Source of the DNA: Pseudomonadota bacterium | GTDB taxonomy: Bacteria > Desulfobacterota > Desulfobacteria > Desulfobacterales > RPRI01 | Assembly (NCBI GenBank): GCA_043825875.1 | Contig: JBDRRF010000028.1 | Location: forward strand, 1-62,489 | Reading direction: 5' to 3' | DNA: 62,489 nt | Shown here: positions 7,982-17,610 of the stretch, piece by piece | Layout of the letters: each line of letters opens with the position of its first letter | How positions within the stretch are numbered: the first letter of the stretch is position 1 | Made by a program: the position numbers and the translations under genes | Notes under the pieces: generated by a model | What the model saw: only the letters and a program-made list of their open reading frames with translations | The model's database searches: none | What the model was told of the DNA's origin: nothing

Positions 7982-10945
7982 TCAAATAGTTTTATCATCT
8001 AGTATTTCACGCAGCTTTTGTCTGATCGTGCTGACTCTCAATGGCTTCTGAAGGTAGATGCCTGTTTCTTTATCTGATCCATGATCTGTGATAGACTCTG
8101 ACGGATAACCCGACATAAAAACCACTTTTATACCCGGACGGGCAGATACTATCATATCGGCAAGCTTATTCCCATTCATTTTCGGCATAATAACATCGGT
8201 CAGCAACAAATCAATAGTCCCTTCATAAGTTTCACTGATTTTTATGGCTTCTTGAGTAGAAACGGCAACAAGAAGCTGATAGCCTAAAGGGTTTAAGGCT
8301 TTTTCAATAATTGAAAGTAATATCGGTTCATCATCTACAACAAGAATCGTCTCATCCCCCCCACTTATCTGCAAAGGATCACTTTCAGAAACATTTTCAA
8401 TCTCCTTATGATTTGAGACTGGCAAATATAAATTAAATACTGACCCTTCATTTAGCTTGCTTGTTACATCAATATATCCGTTGTGCTGTTTAATAATTCC
8501 GTAAACTGTAGCAAGGCCCAGCCCGGTTCCTTTTCCAAGCTCTTTTGTGGTATAAAAAGGTTCAAATATATTCTCTAGCACACTACTACTCATCCCGCAT
8601 CCGGTATCACTTATTGTAAGCTTCACGTATTCCCCGGGTTTTACATCTTCAAGCTTTTTTATATTATCTTCATTTAATACTATTTCCGCTGTTTCTATGG
8701 TCAAAACACCTCCGTTTGGCATAGCATCTCTGGAGTTTACAGCAAGATTTAACAATACCTGCTCCATCTGGCCCTGATCGCACAGAGCATTCCTGATTGT
8801 TTTTGAATGCTTTAACTCAAGCTTTATATCTTCACCTATGATCCGCTTTAACATTCTGGCCATATCGGTTACTACATTGTTAATATTTATATCCTTAATT
8901 ATCAGCATCTGCTTGCGGCTGAAAGCAAGAAGCTGTTGTGTAAGAGATACCGCCTTTTCTCCCAGACCCAAGATCAATTCAATGCGTTCTTTTAAAGGAT
9001 CATCTTTTGAAATATCAAGAAGCATAAGTTCGCTGAAACCTATTATCCCGCTTAATATATTATTAAAATCATGAGCCACTCCTCCGGCAAGACGACCAAT
9101 GGATTCCATCTTCTGCATATGTAAAAACTGAGATTGTAATACGCGTTGTCCTTCTTCCGCTTTAACCTGATCGCTTATATCCTTTACAATATGGACTATG
9201 CCTACAGCTTGCTTATCCTTGCCATAGCGGGGAATTGCCTTGATTTCAAAATGCCTGTCAAGATGCGGTTCAAACATTTTACGAACGGATACTTCGCCTG
9301 ATTTTAATGCAATATGGCATGGGCAATCAGACGGTGGGCTTTCGGAACCATGATATAACTGATAGCATTTCAATTCATTCATATCCTCAAGAAATATTCC
9401 AAGCAACTCCTTTGCCGTCTTGTTTGCACGGATAATATTGTGCTTGCCGTCATGAATGGTAATAGCATCATTTATAGTATTAAATGTTTCTTCCCATTCA
9501 TTTTTTGCCTGAATGAGCATATCCTGCATCTTTATTCGTTCGGTGACATCTTCTCCCGAACTTAGCATTCCGGTTATTTTGCCCGTATCGTCTTTTAGTA
9601 GTTCTGCATTCCATTCTATAGTTCTTTTTTCACCTTTTTTGGTTAATACAATACTATGGAAATTCATTCTTTCGGTATCGGTTATTTCATTTGATAGTAT
9701 TTTTTTTGTAAAAATCTTAGCTTCTGACTGTATATCTTCCGGGGTACAAATATCGTTGATATCTTTTCCGATAAGTTCTTTTTCTTCATATCCAAAAACT
9801 TCACAGGCCTTTTTATTAATAAGAATTAATTCCATATCAGTATTAATTGCTACAATTAATACTCCGGCAATATTGAGGTATTTTTGAACTGTTTCTTTTT
9901 CGTATACCAACGCAGATTCGGTTTGCTTGCGCAAAGCAATGTCTATTCCAATACCGATAACATATTTAACTTCATTAATATTGATAGGATGTGCGGTAAA
10001 ATAATAGGGGATTTTCTCTCCGTTTTTGCAAACTAAATATGTCTCCAAATCAATACCGTCTATATTAGATATATTCTGCATTTTCTCAGTAATAACTGAT
10101 ATACTATAATCATCAATAAGATCGGAAGGATGCAACTTCTTAATTTCTTCGGCAGAATATCCGGTAATCATTTCAAAATTTTTATTCCATCGCAGATACT
10201 TACCCGTAGTATCAAGAAGTGAAAAAATGGCGGGCAAACTGTCTAAAGCCGCATCAGAGAAATCTCTTTCTGATCTTAAGTTTTCCTCAGCTTGTTTTTT
10301 ATCGGTAATATCTTTTACTATACCTATATGGTTAGTCACCTGTCCCGATGCATTTTTCACAGGAAATCCCTGGCCGTCAATCCAGCGGACGGAACCATTT
10401 TGAAGCATGATACGGAATTCAACATGTACGGATAGCTTATCTGTTTTTTGGATATTATAAGCATCTATAACCCGCTTAAGATCGTCAGGATAAATGTCAT
10501 CAAAAAACGATCGGAGATTATCAAGCAGATCTTTCTTTGATTTTCCACCTATCCTCTCATAACCAGGACTAGTATAAATTACATTTTCAAGTTTTGAATC
10601 AAGTACCAAAAAACCTTCATTAATATTTTCAGCTATCATTGAAAGTAGTTTATTGTTTTGAACAAGTTCATCATCTTTTTGAATAAGTTCGCTATGAAAA
10701 TTATCTATTGGGGTTCCGATGGATTTTGCCAGTTTGGCAATTATTACGCCGACTATTGCAGCTGATGCAATCGCAACCAGGGATCTTAAAAAAACAGGAT
10801 TTACTTTTACAACTGATGACAGAACCCTTATCAGTATGTCGTTGATGAAAATAGCAACAAGCATAACAGGTAAAAATGCTCTTGTTAAGCGACTGCGGAT
10901 AGAAAACTTTCTCAACAAAACTTCCGGATTCTTTTCGTTGTGCAT
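7982..10945 (-). CDS. Hybrid sensor histidine kinase (2 TM, 4 PAS, HisKA, HATPase, REC)
   Basis: GGVAHDFNN H-box, G boxes GTGLGLATVYGI, and receiver motifs LVVDDE/LLLTD. Confidence 0.95.
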   Translation of the reverse strand: MHNEKNPEVLLRKFSIRSRLTRAFLPVMLVAIFINDILIRVLSSVVKVNPVFLRSLVAIASAAIVGVIIAKLAKSIGTPIDNFHSELIQKDDELVQNNKLLSMIAENINEGFLVLDSKLENVIYTSPGYERIGGKSKKDLLDNLRSFFDDIYPDDLKRVIDAYNIQKTDKLSVHVEFRIMLQNGSVRWIDGQGFPVKNASGQVTNHIGIVKDITDKKQAEENLRSERDFSDAALDSLPAIFSLLDTTGKYLRWNKNFEMITGYSAEEIKKLHPSDLIDDYSISVITEKMQNISNIDGIDLETYLVCKNGEKIPYYFTAHPININEVKYVIGIGIDIALRKQTESALVYEKETVQKYLNIAGVLIVAINTDMELILINKKACEVFGYEEKELIGKDINDICTPEDIQSEAKIFTKKILSNEITDTERMNFHSIVLTKKGEKRTIEWNAELLKDDTGKITGMLSSGEDVTERIKMQDMLIQAKNEWEETFNTINDAITIHDGKHNIIRANKTAKELLGIFLEDMNELKCYQLYHGSESPPSDCPCHIALKSGEVSVRKMFEPHLDRHFEIKAIPRYGKDKQAVGIVHIVKDISDQVKAEEGQRVLQSQFLHMQKMESIGRLAGGVAHDFNNILSGIIGFSELMLLDISKDDPLKERIELILGLGEKAVSLTQQLLAFSRKQMLIIKDININNVVTDMARMLKRIIGEDIKLELKHSKTIRNALCDQGQMEQVLLNLAVNSRDAMPNGGVLTIETAEIVLNEDNIKKLEDVKPGEYVKLTISDTGCGMSSSVLENIFEPFYTTKELGKGTGLGLATVYGIIKQHNGYIDVTSKLNEGSVFNLYLPVSNHKEIENVSESDPLQISGGDETILVVDDEPILLSIIEKALNPLGYQLLVAVSTQEAIKISETYEGTIDLLLTDVIMPKMNGNKLADMIVSARPGIKVVFMSGYPSESITDHGSDKETGIYLQKPLRVSTIRQKLREILDDKTI

Positions 10946-11025
10946 AGATCTTCCTTATTTCTGGCTAAATATTTATCGGCAACAATATACTTTTAAACCA
11001 TCTCGCAAATGACAAACAACTTGCC

Positions 11026-11652
11026 TTAGGTCAAATACTGCTTTAAAACAATTGAAACAGGTCTTCCGAACAAAAAATCAAGCAGTTCGGAATCAAGCCC
11101 TCCTTTTGTTACAACAATATCCCGTAAGGCTTTATCATACTCGATAAGTTCCGATACTTTTTGTGACAAATATCTACTTTCATTCTTTTTTGATTCATCA
11201 ATAAGCTTTCTTATTTCTTTATAAGAACATTTTTGATCATGCTCTATTACCATATCCCAAAGCCCTTCAATTTTACCGACAATACTTTCTCTTGCAAGAA
11301 GATCTTTACCAAAGATTTGCTCGATTTGTTTTGTATCATGACAATTAAGAAGTCTGCATTCAAGAGGACGGTCTTTATAAATACCACATTTACTTTCGTC
11401 TTCCTTATAAAAAAAGCATGCCCATCTACTTCCCTGTCCCTTGATTTTAATTATATCGGAATCAGCAAAAATAATTTTATCGATTCTGTTGTCGCAAACA
11501 GGTTCTCCTTTTCTTACAGTATAAAGATATTTTGCCGGTATACAACCTTCTTCTATAAGTGAAATATCCTCCATATGAAAAGACGGGCCTCCTTTTTTAC
11601 AGCAAGTGCCGCATCTTTTGCATTCTATTGATTTATTATCTTTATTTCCCAT
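11026..11652 (-). CDS. YkgJ-family cysteine cluster protein
   Basis: CKRCGTCC, ACFF and CGIYKDRPLECR motifs. Confidence 0.85.
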   Translation of the reverse strand: MGNKDNKSIECKRCGTCCKKGGPSFHMEDISLIEEGCIPAKYLYTVRKGEPVCDNRIDKIIFADSDIIKIKGQGSRWACFFYKEDESKCGIYKDRPLECRLLNCHDTKQIEQIFGKDLLARESIVGKIEGLWDMVIEHDQKCSYKEIRKLIDESKKNESRYLSQKVSELIEYDKALRDIVVTKGGLDSELLDFLFGRPVSIVLKQYLT

Positions 11653-11660
11653 TTTATATC

Positions 11661-12464
11661 TTAATAAATATCAGGCCTTCTGTTTGGTAAGAAATAACGC
11701 ATTTTATGATTTCGCACCAGATCTATATCTTTTGCTTTAAGATCTGAGATTATCATTTTTTCATTTTCCCCTGTATATTTTTTTATAACATTACCTGAAG
11801 GGTTTATAATTAAACCTGTTCCTGGGAAAAAAAGGCCGCCCGGATCTTTACTGCATTGGTTACATGCAACCACAAATACACTGTTATCAAAAGCTCTTGC
11901 GGTTAGATGCCGCAGCCATGACTTAAGCTTTTCATCAGGTGTTTTTCTTGGAGAAGCGTGAGGGAAAAATATAACATCAGCACCCATAAGAGCCATACTT
12001 GTTGAAAGTTCGGGAAAGTGAGCATCGTAGCAAAGCTGAATCCCAAATTTTAAACCTTGCACCTCAAACAACCTGACTTTATCTCCTTGGCAAAACAAAT
12101 CTTTTTCAACAGGAGCAATATGAAGTTTGCGATAAACTCCGATATATCCCTCTGGTTTTACAACAAGGTGGCTTGAATATATATGGTTATTTTTATCTTT
12201 TTCAAGCATGCCGGCGAGTATCACAATATTATATTTTATAGAAAGATTGGAAAGTTTTTCTGATATTCTGCCGGGTATTTCTTCTGCTGTTTCGATTATT
12301 TTTTTGTCTATTATATATCCGCTGATATTTAGCTCAGGAAAGCATACTATTTTTACACCGGAATCATTTGCCGATTTCAGCCATTTATCCATTGCAATAA
12401 GGTTGTAGTCGACATCGTATATTTTTGAATGAGAAATTACTGCGGCAATACGGGTATCTTTCAT
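11661..12464 (-). CDS. Carbon-nitrogen hydrolase (nitrilase superfamily)
   Basis: Catalytic triad motifs FPE, YRKLH and LCYDAHFPE. Confidence 0.92.
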   Translation of the reverse strand: MKDTRIAAVISHSKIYDVDYNLIAMDKWLKSANDSGVKIVCFPELNISGYIIDKKIIETAEEIPGRISEKLSNLSIKYNIVILAGMLEKDKNNHIYSSHLVVKPEGYIGVYRKLHIAPVEKDLFCQGDKVRLFEVQGLKFGIQLCYDAHFPELSTSMALMGADVIFFPHASPRKTPDEKLKSWLRHLTARAFDNSVFVVACNQCSKDPGGLFFPGTGLIINPSGNVIKKYTGENEKMIISDLKAKDIDLVRNHKMRYFLPNRRPDIY

Positions 12465-12520
12465 TTTACGAAATTGAAAAACTTATAAGATAATCGGTTA
12501 AAAGTTATAATAATCCGGCG

Positions 12521-13000
12521 TTATAAATTAAAATGAGCTTTAATTTTGAATACTTTTGTTGCAGGAAAATTAAATATCTCCTTAACACCGGTTTTATTGG
12601 ATATTTGTTTTAGATTATCCTCTATTTCTTCCATGGAAGGAGCAATAAACGTAAACCAGATATTAAAACTTCCATCTCTCAAGTAATTATGCGTTACACC
12701 AGGATATCGGTTTATAACTTCTGTAAAAGCTTCTATCTTACCTTCTGGCACCGAAGCTGTGCACAGTGTACTAACAAAACCCAGCTTTTCGGGTACAAAA
12801 TTACCTCCTATGCGGCGAATAAAACCATTTTCTTTAAGCTTTTTAAGCCTGTTAATAACATCATCTTCCGTCAGCCCAAGTTCATCAGCAATAACAAAAT
12901 AAGGACGGGAAGTAACCGGAAAATCAGACTGAACCCTGTTCAAGATGGTTTTATCCGTATCATCAAGTGCTATGGTTTTTTTTATTTTCTTTAAATACAT
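12521..13000 (-). CDS. ahbA: Siroheme decarboxylase alpha subunit (AsnC/Lrp-like, NirD/L family)
   Basis: QSDFPVTSRPY, IRRIGGNF, VSTLC, GVTHNYLR and FNIWFT motifs typical of AhbA in sulfate reducers. Confidence 0.8.
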   Translation of the reverse strand: MYLKKIKKTIALDDTDKTILNRVQSDFPVTSRPYFVIADELGLTEDDVINRLKKLKENGFIRRIGGNFVPEKLGFVSTLCTASVPEGKIEAFTEVINRYPGVTHNYLRDGSFNIWFTFIAPSMEEIEDNLKQISNKTGVKEIFNFPATKVFKIKAHFNL

Positions 13001-13027
13001 TATGATTTATCATTCTCCTATCCTATT

Positions 13028-13118
13028 GAATATCGAATATCGAACAAGAAATTCCCAATTATGAAGTTCTTTACCTTCCTTTTACATTCTACATTCGATA
13101 TTGGATATTCTATATTCA
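13028..13118. repeat. Inverted GAATATC/GATATTC heptamer element
   Basis: GAATATCGAATATCGAACAA ... TTCGATATTGGATATTCTATATTC. The left end is shared with the element at 768. Confidence 0.6.
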
Positions 13119-13138
13119 AACCCCTGACCCTTCCTGGT

Positions 13139-13537
13139 TTATACTATTCTGATATTAACTTTCCTTGTACGAGGACCGTCAAACTCGCAGAAAAAAATAC
13201 CCTGCCAAGTTCCAAGTTCAAGCTTTTTATTATTAACTGCAACAAGTTCGGAAGCCCCAACCAGAACAGACTTAACATGAGCCGGAGAATTCCCCTCCAT
13301 ATGACGATAGTCGGCTTCCCACGGAACTATCTTATTTAATATCATAAGGATATCATTTTTTACGCTAGGATCTGCGCTTTCATTTATAGTAACTGCCGCA
13401 GTTGTGTGTGGAACATAAATCATGCACAGACCATTTTCAATTTTCCTTTCCATGCATATGCTAAACACAATTTCCTGAACTTTTGATGTAATATCTACCA
13501 GTTCTGTTTTTTGACCGGTCTTAATAGCAATATCCAT
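13139..13537 (-). CDS. yjbQ: YjbQ/UPF0047 family protein
   Basis: PHTTAAVTINE, HMEGNSPAHVK and LGTWQGIFFCEFDGPR. Confidence 0.9.
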   Translation of the reverse strand: MDIAIKTGQKTELVDITSKVQEIVFSICMERKIENGLCMIYVPHTTAAVTINESADPSVKNDILMILNKIVPWEADYRHMEGNSPAHVKSVLVGASELVAVNNKKLELGTWQGIFFCEFDGPRTRKVNIRIV

Positions 13538-13551
13538 CTAATCTCCCAAAA

Positions 13552-13695
13552 TAAGACCTTTGAAGAATACTCAATTTTGGTCAAGTACAAGGAAGGCGAG
13601 AATTTCAACCACAGGAATACATTAAGTATTTCGAGGAGTGAAATTAGAGCCTGACGCAGTAATCGGCCAAAAGGGGGTGTTATGCAAAGGTCTTA
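13552..13695. repeat. ~144-bp imperfect palindrome (MITE/REP-like)
   Basis: Ends TAAGACCTTTG...CAAAGGTCTTA with imperfect pairing over ~35 bp. Internal CAAGG and GACGCAG. Confidence 0.7.
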
Positions 13696-13728
13696 AAACA
13701 AAAGGCCCTGCAATTGGCAGAGCCTTTT
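13695..13728 (-). terminator. Rho-independent terminator after dsrC
   Basis: Minus strand AGGCTCTGC-CAATT-GCAGGGCCT followed by TTTGTTTT. Confidence 0.8.
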
Positions 13729-13760
13729 AATAAATCAAACAACATATTTTTTATTATTGA

Positions 13761-14078
13761 TCAGACGCATCCTGTCGGTTTGGGAAGTCCGGCCATCTTA
13801 CATGCTCCCTTGCCAGGTCCTGAAGGAAACAGTTCGTAAATATGTTTCAATTTAAAACCCGTAACCTTAGAAAGAACACGAACCATCGGAGCAATACCAT
13901 TTTTCTCGTAGTATTCGCGAAGCACCTTTATAAGCATTTTATGCTCATCATTAAGCTCGTCAATCCCTTCCTGTGTTTTAACATACTGGACCCATTCTTC
14001 TGACCAGTTGGTATATGAATCAATAAAACCATCTTCATCTACTGTAAAAGTTTTACCTCCAAATTGTACTTCCGGCAT
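13761..14078 (-). CDS. dsrC: Dissimilatory sulfite reductase sulfur carrier DsrC
   Basis: DEDGF, YELFPSGPGKGACKMAGLPKPTGCV with both C-terminal cysteines (C-x10-C). GGAGGAG RBS. Confidence 0.95.
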   Translation of the reverse strand: MPEVQFGGKTFTVDEDGFIDSYTNWSEEWVQYVKTQEGIDELNDEHKMLIKVLREYYEKNGIAPMVRVLSKVTGFKLKHIYELFPSGPGKGACKMAGLPKPTGCV

Positions 14079-14203
14079 TTAAACTCCTCCTTTATCAATT
14101 AATTATTCTCATGGCTTACAGCCTATCATCCATAATATACTATAACGGGACATATAATATCATTGATCTGCCAATGTCAATATAAAAAAGGTTAAAAGAT
14201 TTA

Positions 14204-15049
14204 TCAATATTCTCTTGGCGTAGCATTGAGTTGTGCAAGGGTAAATACAGGGCCGTCCTTACAGACAAATTCCTTTCCTATATTGCATCTTCCACACATA
14301 CCTATCCCGCATTTCATCCTGTTTTCAAGCGACATTATAATATGGTCATGATCATATCCCAGTTTGTCTAAAACAGGCTGGGTAAATTTTATCATTATTG
14401 GTGGCCCACAAATTATAGCATAAGTATCGGCATCGGCATTAGGAGCTTTTTGTTCTGTAACAGTTGGCACAAAACCAATATTATATTTCCATTCAGGATC
14501 ATTTGTAGCATCAACCGTAATATGCATATTTATGTCATCACGCCTTTCCCAAGCGGCAAGCTCTTCTCTGTAAAGAAGCATTCCGGGTGTACGGGCGCCA
14601 TAGATTACATTAATATCTTTAAATTTCTTTCTGTTGGCAGGATCAAGCATAAAGATTATTGAAGAACGAAGTGTTGTAAAAGCAAAACCGCCTCCAATGA
14701 TCACTATATTTTTACCTTCAAGTATATCCCAGGGATAAGAATTGCCAAGAGGCCCTCTTATTCCCATGATATCCCCAACCTTCATGGAATGCAGATATGA
14801 AGAAACCAAACCGACTTTATTTACGGTAAACTTGACAAAGCCTTTTTCGACAGGAGAAGACGCAATACCAATAGGTATTTCCCCTTTCCCCGTCACCGAA
14901 AGTTCTGCAAATTGTCCGGCTTTGTAAGAAAATTTCTCTTCATCATCCGGGTTTAAAAAAACAAACTTGAATGTTTTAAGATTCCTGTCTTCAGTTTCAG
15001 TTATTATTTCATCTATACGCACAGGATAAGGCATATATGGATTTTGCAC
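14204..15049 (-). CDS. flxA: FlxA FAD/NAD-binding oxidoreductase with [2Fe-2S]
   Basis: GQFA, RGPLGN, IGGGFAF, CGPPIM and MKCGIGMCGRC...VCKDGP. Position in the operon. Confidence 0.88.
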   Translation of the reverse strand: MQNPYMPYPVRIDEIITETEDRNLKTFKFVFLNPDDEEKFSYKAGQFAELSVTGKGEIPIGIASSPVEKGFVKFTVNKVGLVSSYLHSMKVGDIMGIRGPLGNSYPWDILEGKNIVIIGGGFAFTTLRSSIIFMLDPANRKKFKDINVIYGARTPGMLLYREELAAWERRDDINMHITVDATNDPEWKYNIGFVPTVTEQKAPNADADTYAIICGPPIMIKFTQPVLDKLGYDHDHIIMSLENRMKCGIGMCGRCNIGKEFVCKDGPVFTLAQLNATPREY

Positions 15050-15067
15050 TTTAATACCCTCCTCTTT

Positions 15068-16135
15068 TCACTTTTCCGAACAAGCGCAGGCGTTAGGATC
15101 ATAACTGTTCATCATATCACAGACCCTGCGTATATCAATGTTAACCGGACAGGCGCGTATGCACCGACCGCAACCGACACACTGAATTCCATTATCATAT
15201 TTATCAACATAATACTTCAGCTTATGCATGAATCTCTGGCGTACCCTGTGAAGTTTGGTACCTCTCGGATTGTGCCCTGTGCCATGAATTGTAAAAAGAG
15301 GAAACATACAACTATCCCAGTTTTTCATGCGCATCCCGGTACACCCGGAGTTTTCATCCTGAATATCGAAACACCAGCATGTCGGACAAAGAAACGTGCA
15401 TGTCCCACAGTTTATACAGGCAAATGAAACATCTTCCCAAAACGGCGCCTCATATAGCTCATTTGTGGTTTTGTTTTTAAGCTGGTCTGAAACAACTGAC
15501 GAATTTATCTTAGCCTCTGCTTCTTTTTTAAGAGAATCTATTTTTTCATTGGCACTGGCGTCAGCTTCAGTATTTAATCCGGCATTCTTTAACAGGTCTT
15601 CACCTTTAGGCGTAATAGCTTTTGCATAATAGCAATCATCCGCATCAGCAAGAAGGATATCAAGACCTTCTTCACAAAAAGGGCCTGAGCCTGCACTTGT
15701 GCAAAAACAGGTGCTGCATGGATTATTGCATGCCAACCCTATGAATGTCGTTGCTTCATATGATTTAACCCAGTATGGATCTTTATAATCAGGATTATCA
15801 AAATTTCTCTTCACAAGCAGAAAAGCCGCTGCATCACAGGGCCTGATTCCTAAAACGGCCTTTGGCGAATAATCTATAGCAGCATCTTTCATCACATGAT
15901 GATCGGCTTCTTTTTCATCAAGAGAATACTCGAACATAACCTCGGTCTGTGGATATACTATCGACTTTGGGGAAAGGCGCGTATTTTGAAAATTCAAATC
16001 CGGCAATTCTCCCTTTCCAAGCTCTTTGAAATCATGAAATTTCTCACCCATGACCGGACCAAACAACCGATAACTGTCCTGAATTTTCTTTATTCCATCA
16101 GTCCAGTCTTTTTTATCAATTTTAATAACTTTCAT
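15068..16135 (-). CDS. flxB: FlxB iron-sulfur protein (AsrA-like)
   Basis: GIRPCD, CINCGTCTFLCPTCWCFD, RQRFMHK and CVGCGRCIRACP. Confidence 0.88.
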   Translation of the reverse strand: MKVIKIDKKDWTDGIKKIQDSYRLFGPVMGEKFHDFKELGKGELPDLNFQNTRLSPKSIVYPQTEVMFEYSLDEKEADHHVMKDAAIDYSPKAVLGIRPCDAAAFLLVKRNFDNPDYKDPYWVKSYEATTFIGLACNNPCSTCFCTSAGSGPFCEEGLDILLADADDCYYAKAITPKGEDLLKNAGLNTEADASANEKIDSLKKEAEAKINSSVVSDQLKNKTTNELYEAPFWEDVSFACINCGTCTFLCPTCWCFDIQDENSGCTGMRMKNWDSCMFPLFTIHGTGHNPRGTKLHRVRQRFMHKLKYYVDKYDNGIQCVGCGRCIRACPVNIDIRRVCDMMNSYDPNACACSEK

Positions 16136-16190
16136 AGCAATAGCCTTATTTTTATCACGGTTTACAAGTTATTAACCATAATTACTTCAA

Positions 16191-17138
16191 TTATTTTATA
16201 AATTCTTCCGGATCATCCGGCTTGAATGTATCAAGCGAAGGCCGCGCATCTTGGGAAATACCTGCTTCCCAACCAAACATCTCAAAACAATCCTTTTCAA
16301 GTTTTTTGGTAAATGCCCGAACATTAATTCCAACCGGACAAGCTCTCTCACACGAACCACAATCCGTACATCTACCGGCACAATGATAAGCCCTTAAAAA
16401 ATGAAATGTTCTAATATCGGTTTCATCCTGGCTTTTACCAACCCACTGGGGATTCGATTCATCAACAAAACATGTGGGGCAGTAGCACAAAGGGCAGGCA
16501 TTTCTGCATGCATAGCATCGAAGACATCCGGATAAGATATTTTCAAAATGCTCCCACTTTTGTGCGGGTTGCATAGCCTCAATTTCCCTTACATCAGCAT
16601 ATCTGTCCACATCTTTTTGCTCCTGGACAAGAGGCGCAGCAAGCTCATCATACATAACAGGATTTCTGTGGATGCAAATAGAACAGTTTTCCTGCATAAC
16701 TTCGGATTTACTTAATTCTTTTTCAAATCCTTCGCCTTTTACAACTATCGCATCCCCTTTATCGGTAACTTCTTTAATTTCGGAATCAAACATAGCCGAT
16801 ATTTTACGGCGATCAATCATACCCTTACAGGGAACGCCTATAATTACCAAATTTTCCCGTTTGATTTTATTTTCAATTATATGGGTTACGATATTTCTTG
16901 AATCACACCCCTTGGCAATTATGCCTATTTTTTCTTTTCTGTCGGTAAGATAATTGGCAAGGTTTATTCCGCAGTTGCTGTCCCAAAAGAGTTTAGATAC
17001 TTCATCTGAGCTTTTCACAAAACATGGCTCATTCATCATAGGCACTGATCCTTTCTTAAAGCCTATGATCATATCCACCTTACCTTCTTCCAACAGCTGT
17101 TTTGATATTTCTTTTATCTTATCAATATAACCTAACAT
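16191..17138 (-). CDS. flxC: FlxC iron-sulfur protein (FrhB/FdhB-like)
   Basis: KGCDSR, CLRCYACRNACPLCYC and RCTDCGSCERACP. Starts 1 nt after the read-through stop of flxD. Confidence 0.85.
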   Translation of the reverse strand: MLGYIDKIKEISKQLLEEGKVDMIIGFKKGSVPMMNEPCFVKSSDEVSKLFWDSNCGINLANYLTDRKEKIGIIAKGCDSRNIVTHIIENKIKRENLVIIGVPCKGMIDRRKISAMFDSEIKEVTDKGDAIVVKGEGFEKELSKSEVMQENCSICIHRNPVMYDELAAPLVQEQKDVDRYADVREIEAMQPAQKWEHFENILSGCLRCYACRNACPLCYCPTCFVDESNPQWVGKSQDETDIRTFHFLRAYHCAGRCTDCGSCERACPVGINVRAFTKKLEKDCFEMFGWEAGISQDARPSLDTFKPDDPEEFIK

Positions 17139-17139
17139 A

Positions 17140-17568
17140 TTAAGCTACCTTAGCTGTTTTCTTAAAATTATTATTAGGCCCAATGGCCTTTACCGTCTCC
17201 GTCACTTCCTTTACCACATCAACAAACTTTGTCGACTCGGCAGAGGAAACCCAGGAAAAATTCAACCTTCCTGGCTCAACACCCATATGTTCCATAAGAT
17301 TCTTAAAGAGACCGAATTTTCTCCGTGCGTAATAATTACCTTCCAGGTAATGGCATTCGCCGGGATGTCACCCGGACACCCAGACCCCATCAGCCCCCTG
17401 TCTTAAGGCTGAGAGGAAGAACTTTGGGCTCATACGCCCGGTACATGGTATCCTTATAACCCTGATATTGGGAGGATACTCCATCCGGCCTACCCCGGCC
17501 AGATCTGCAGCTCCATAACTGCACCAGTTACATAAAAAACTGATTATTTTGGGTTCAAACTCAGACAT
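17140..17568 (-). CDS. flxD: FlxD/MvhD [2Fe-2S] protein, selenoprotein (in-frame UGA at 17368-17370), 142 aa
   Basis: [19 protein letters not shown], then VSG-UGA-HPGECHY where MvhD has GCHxGxCHY. The frame continues to TAA at 17140-17142. GAGGAG RBS. Confidence 0.92.
17335..17351 (-). promoter_or_regulatory. Putative bacterial SECIS hairpin of flxD
   Basis: ATTACCT-GGA-AGGTAAT begins 16 nt after the UGA and has a G-containing apical loop. Confidence 0.7.
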
Positions 17569-17610
17569 ATTGATCTCCTCATACATTTCATATCTGAAAT
17601 TTTAATTTAT

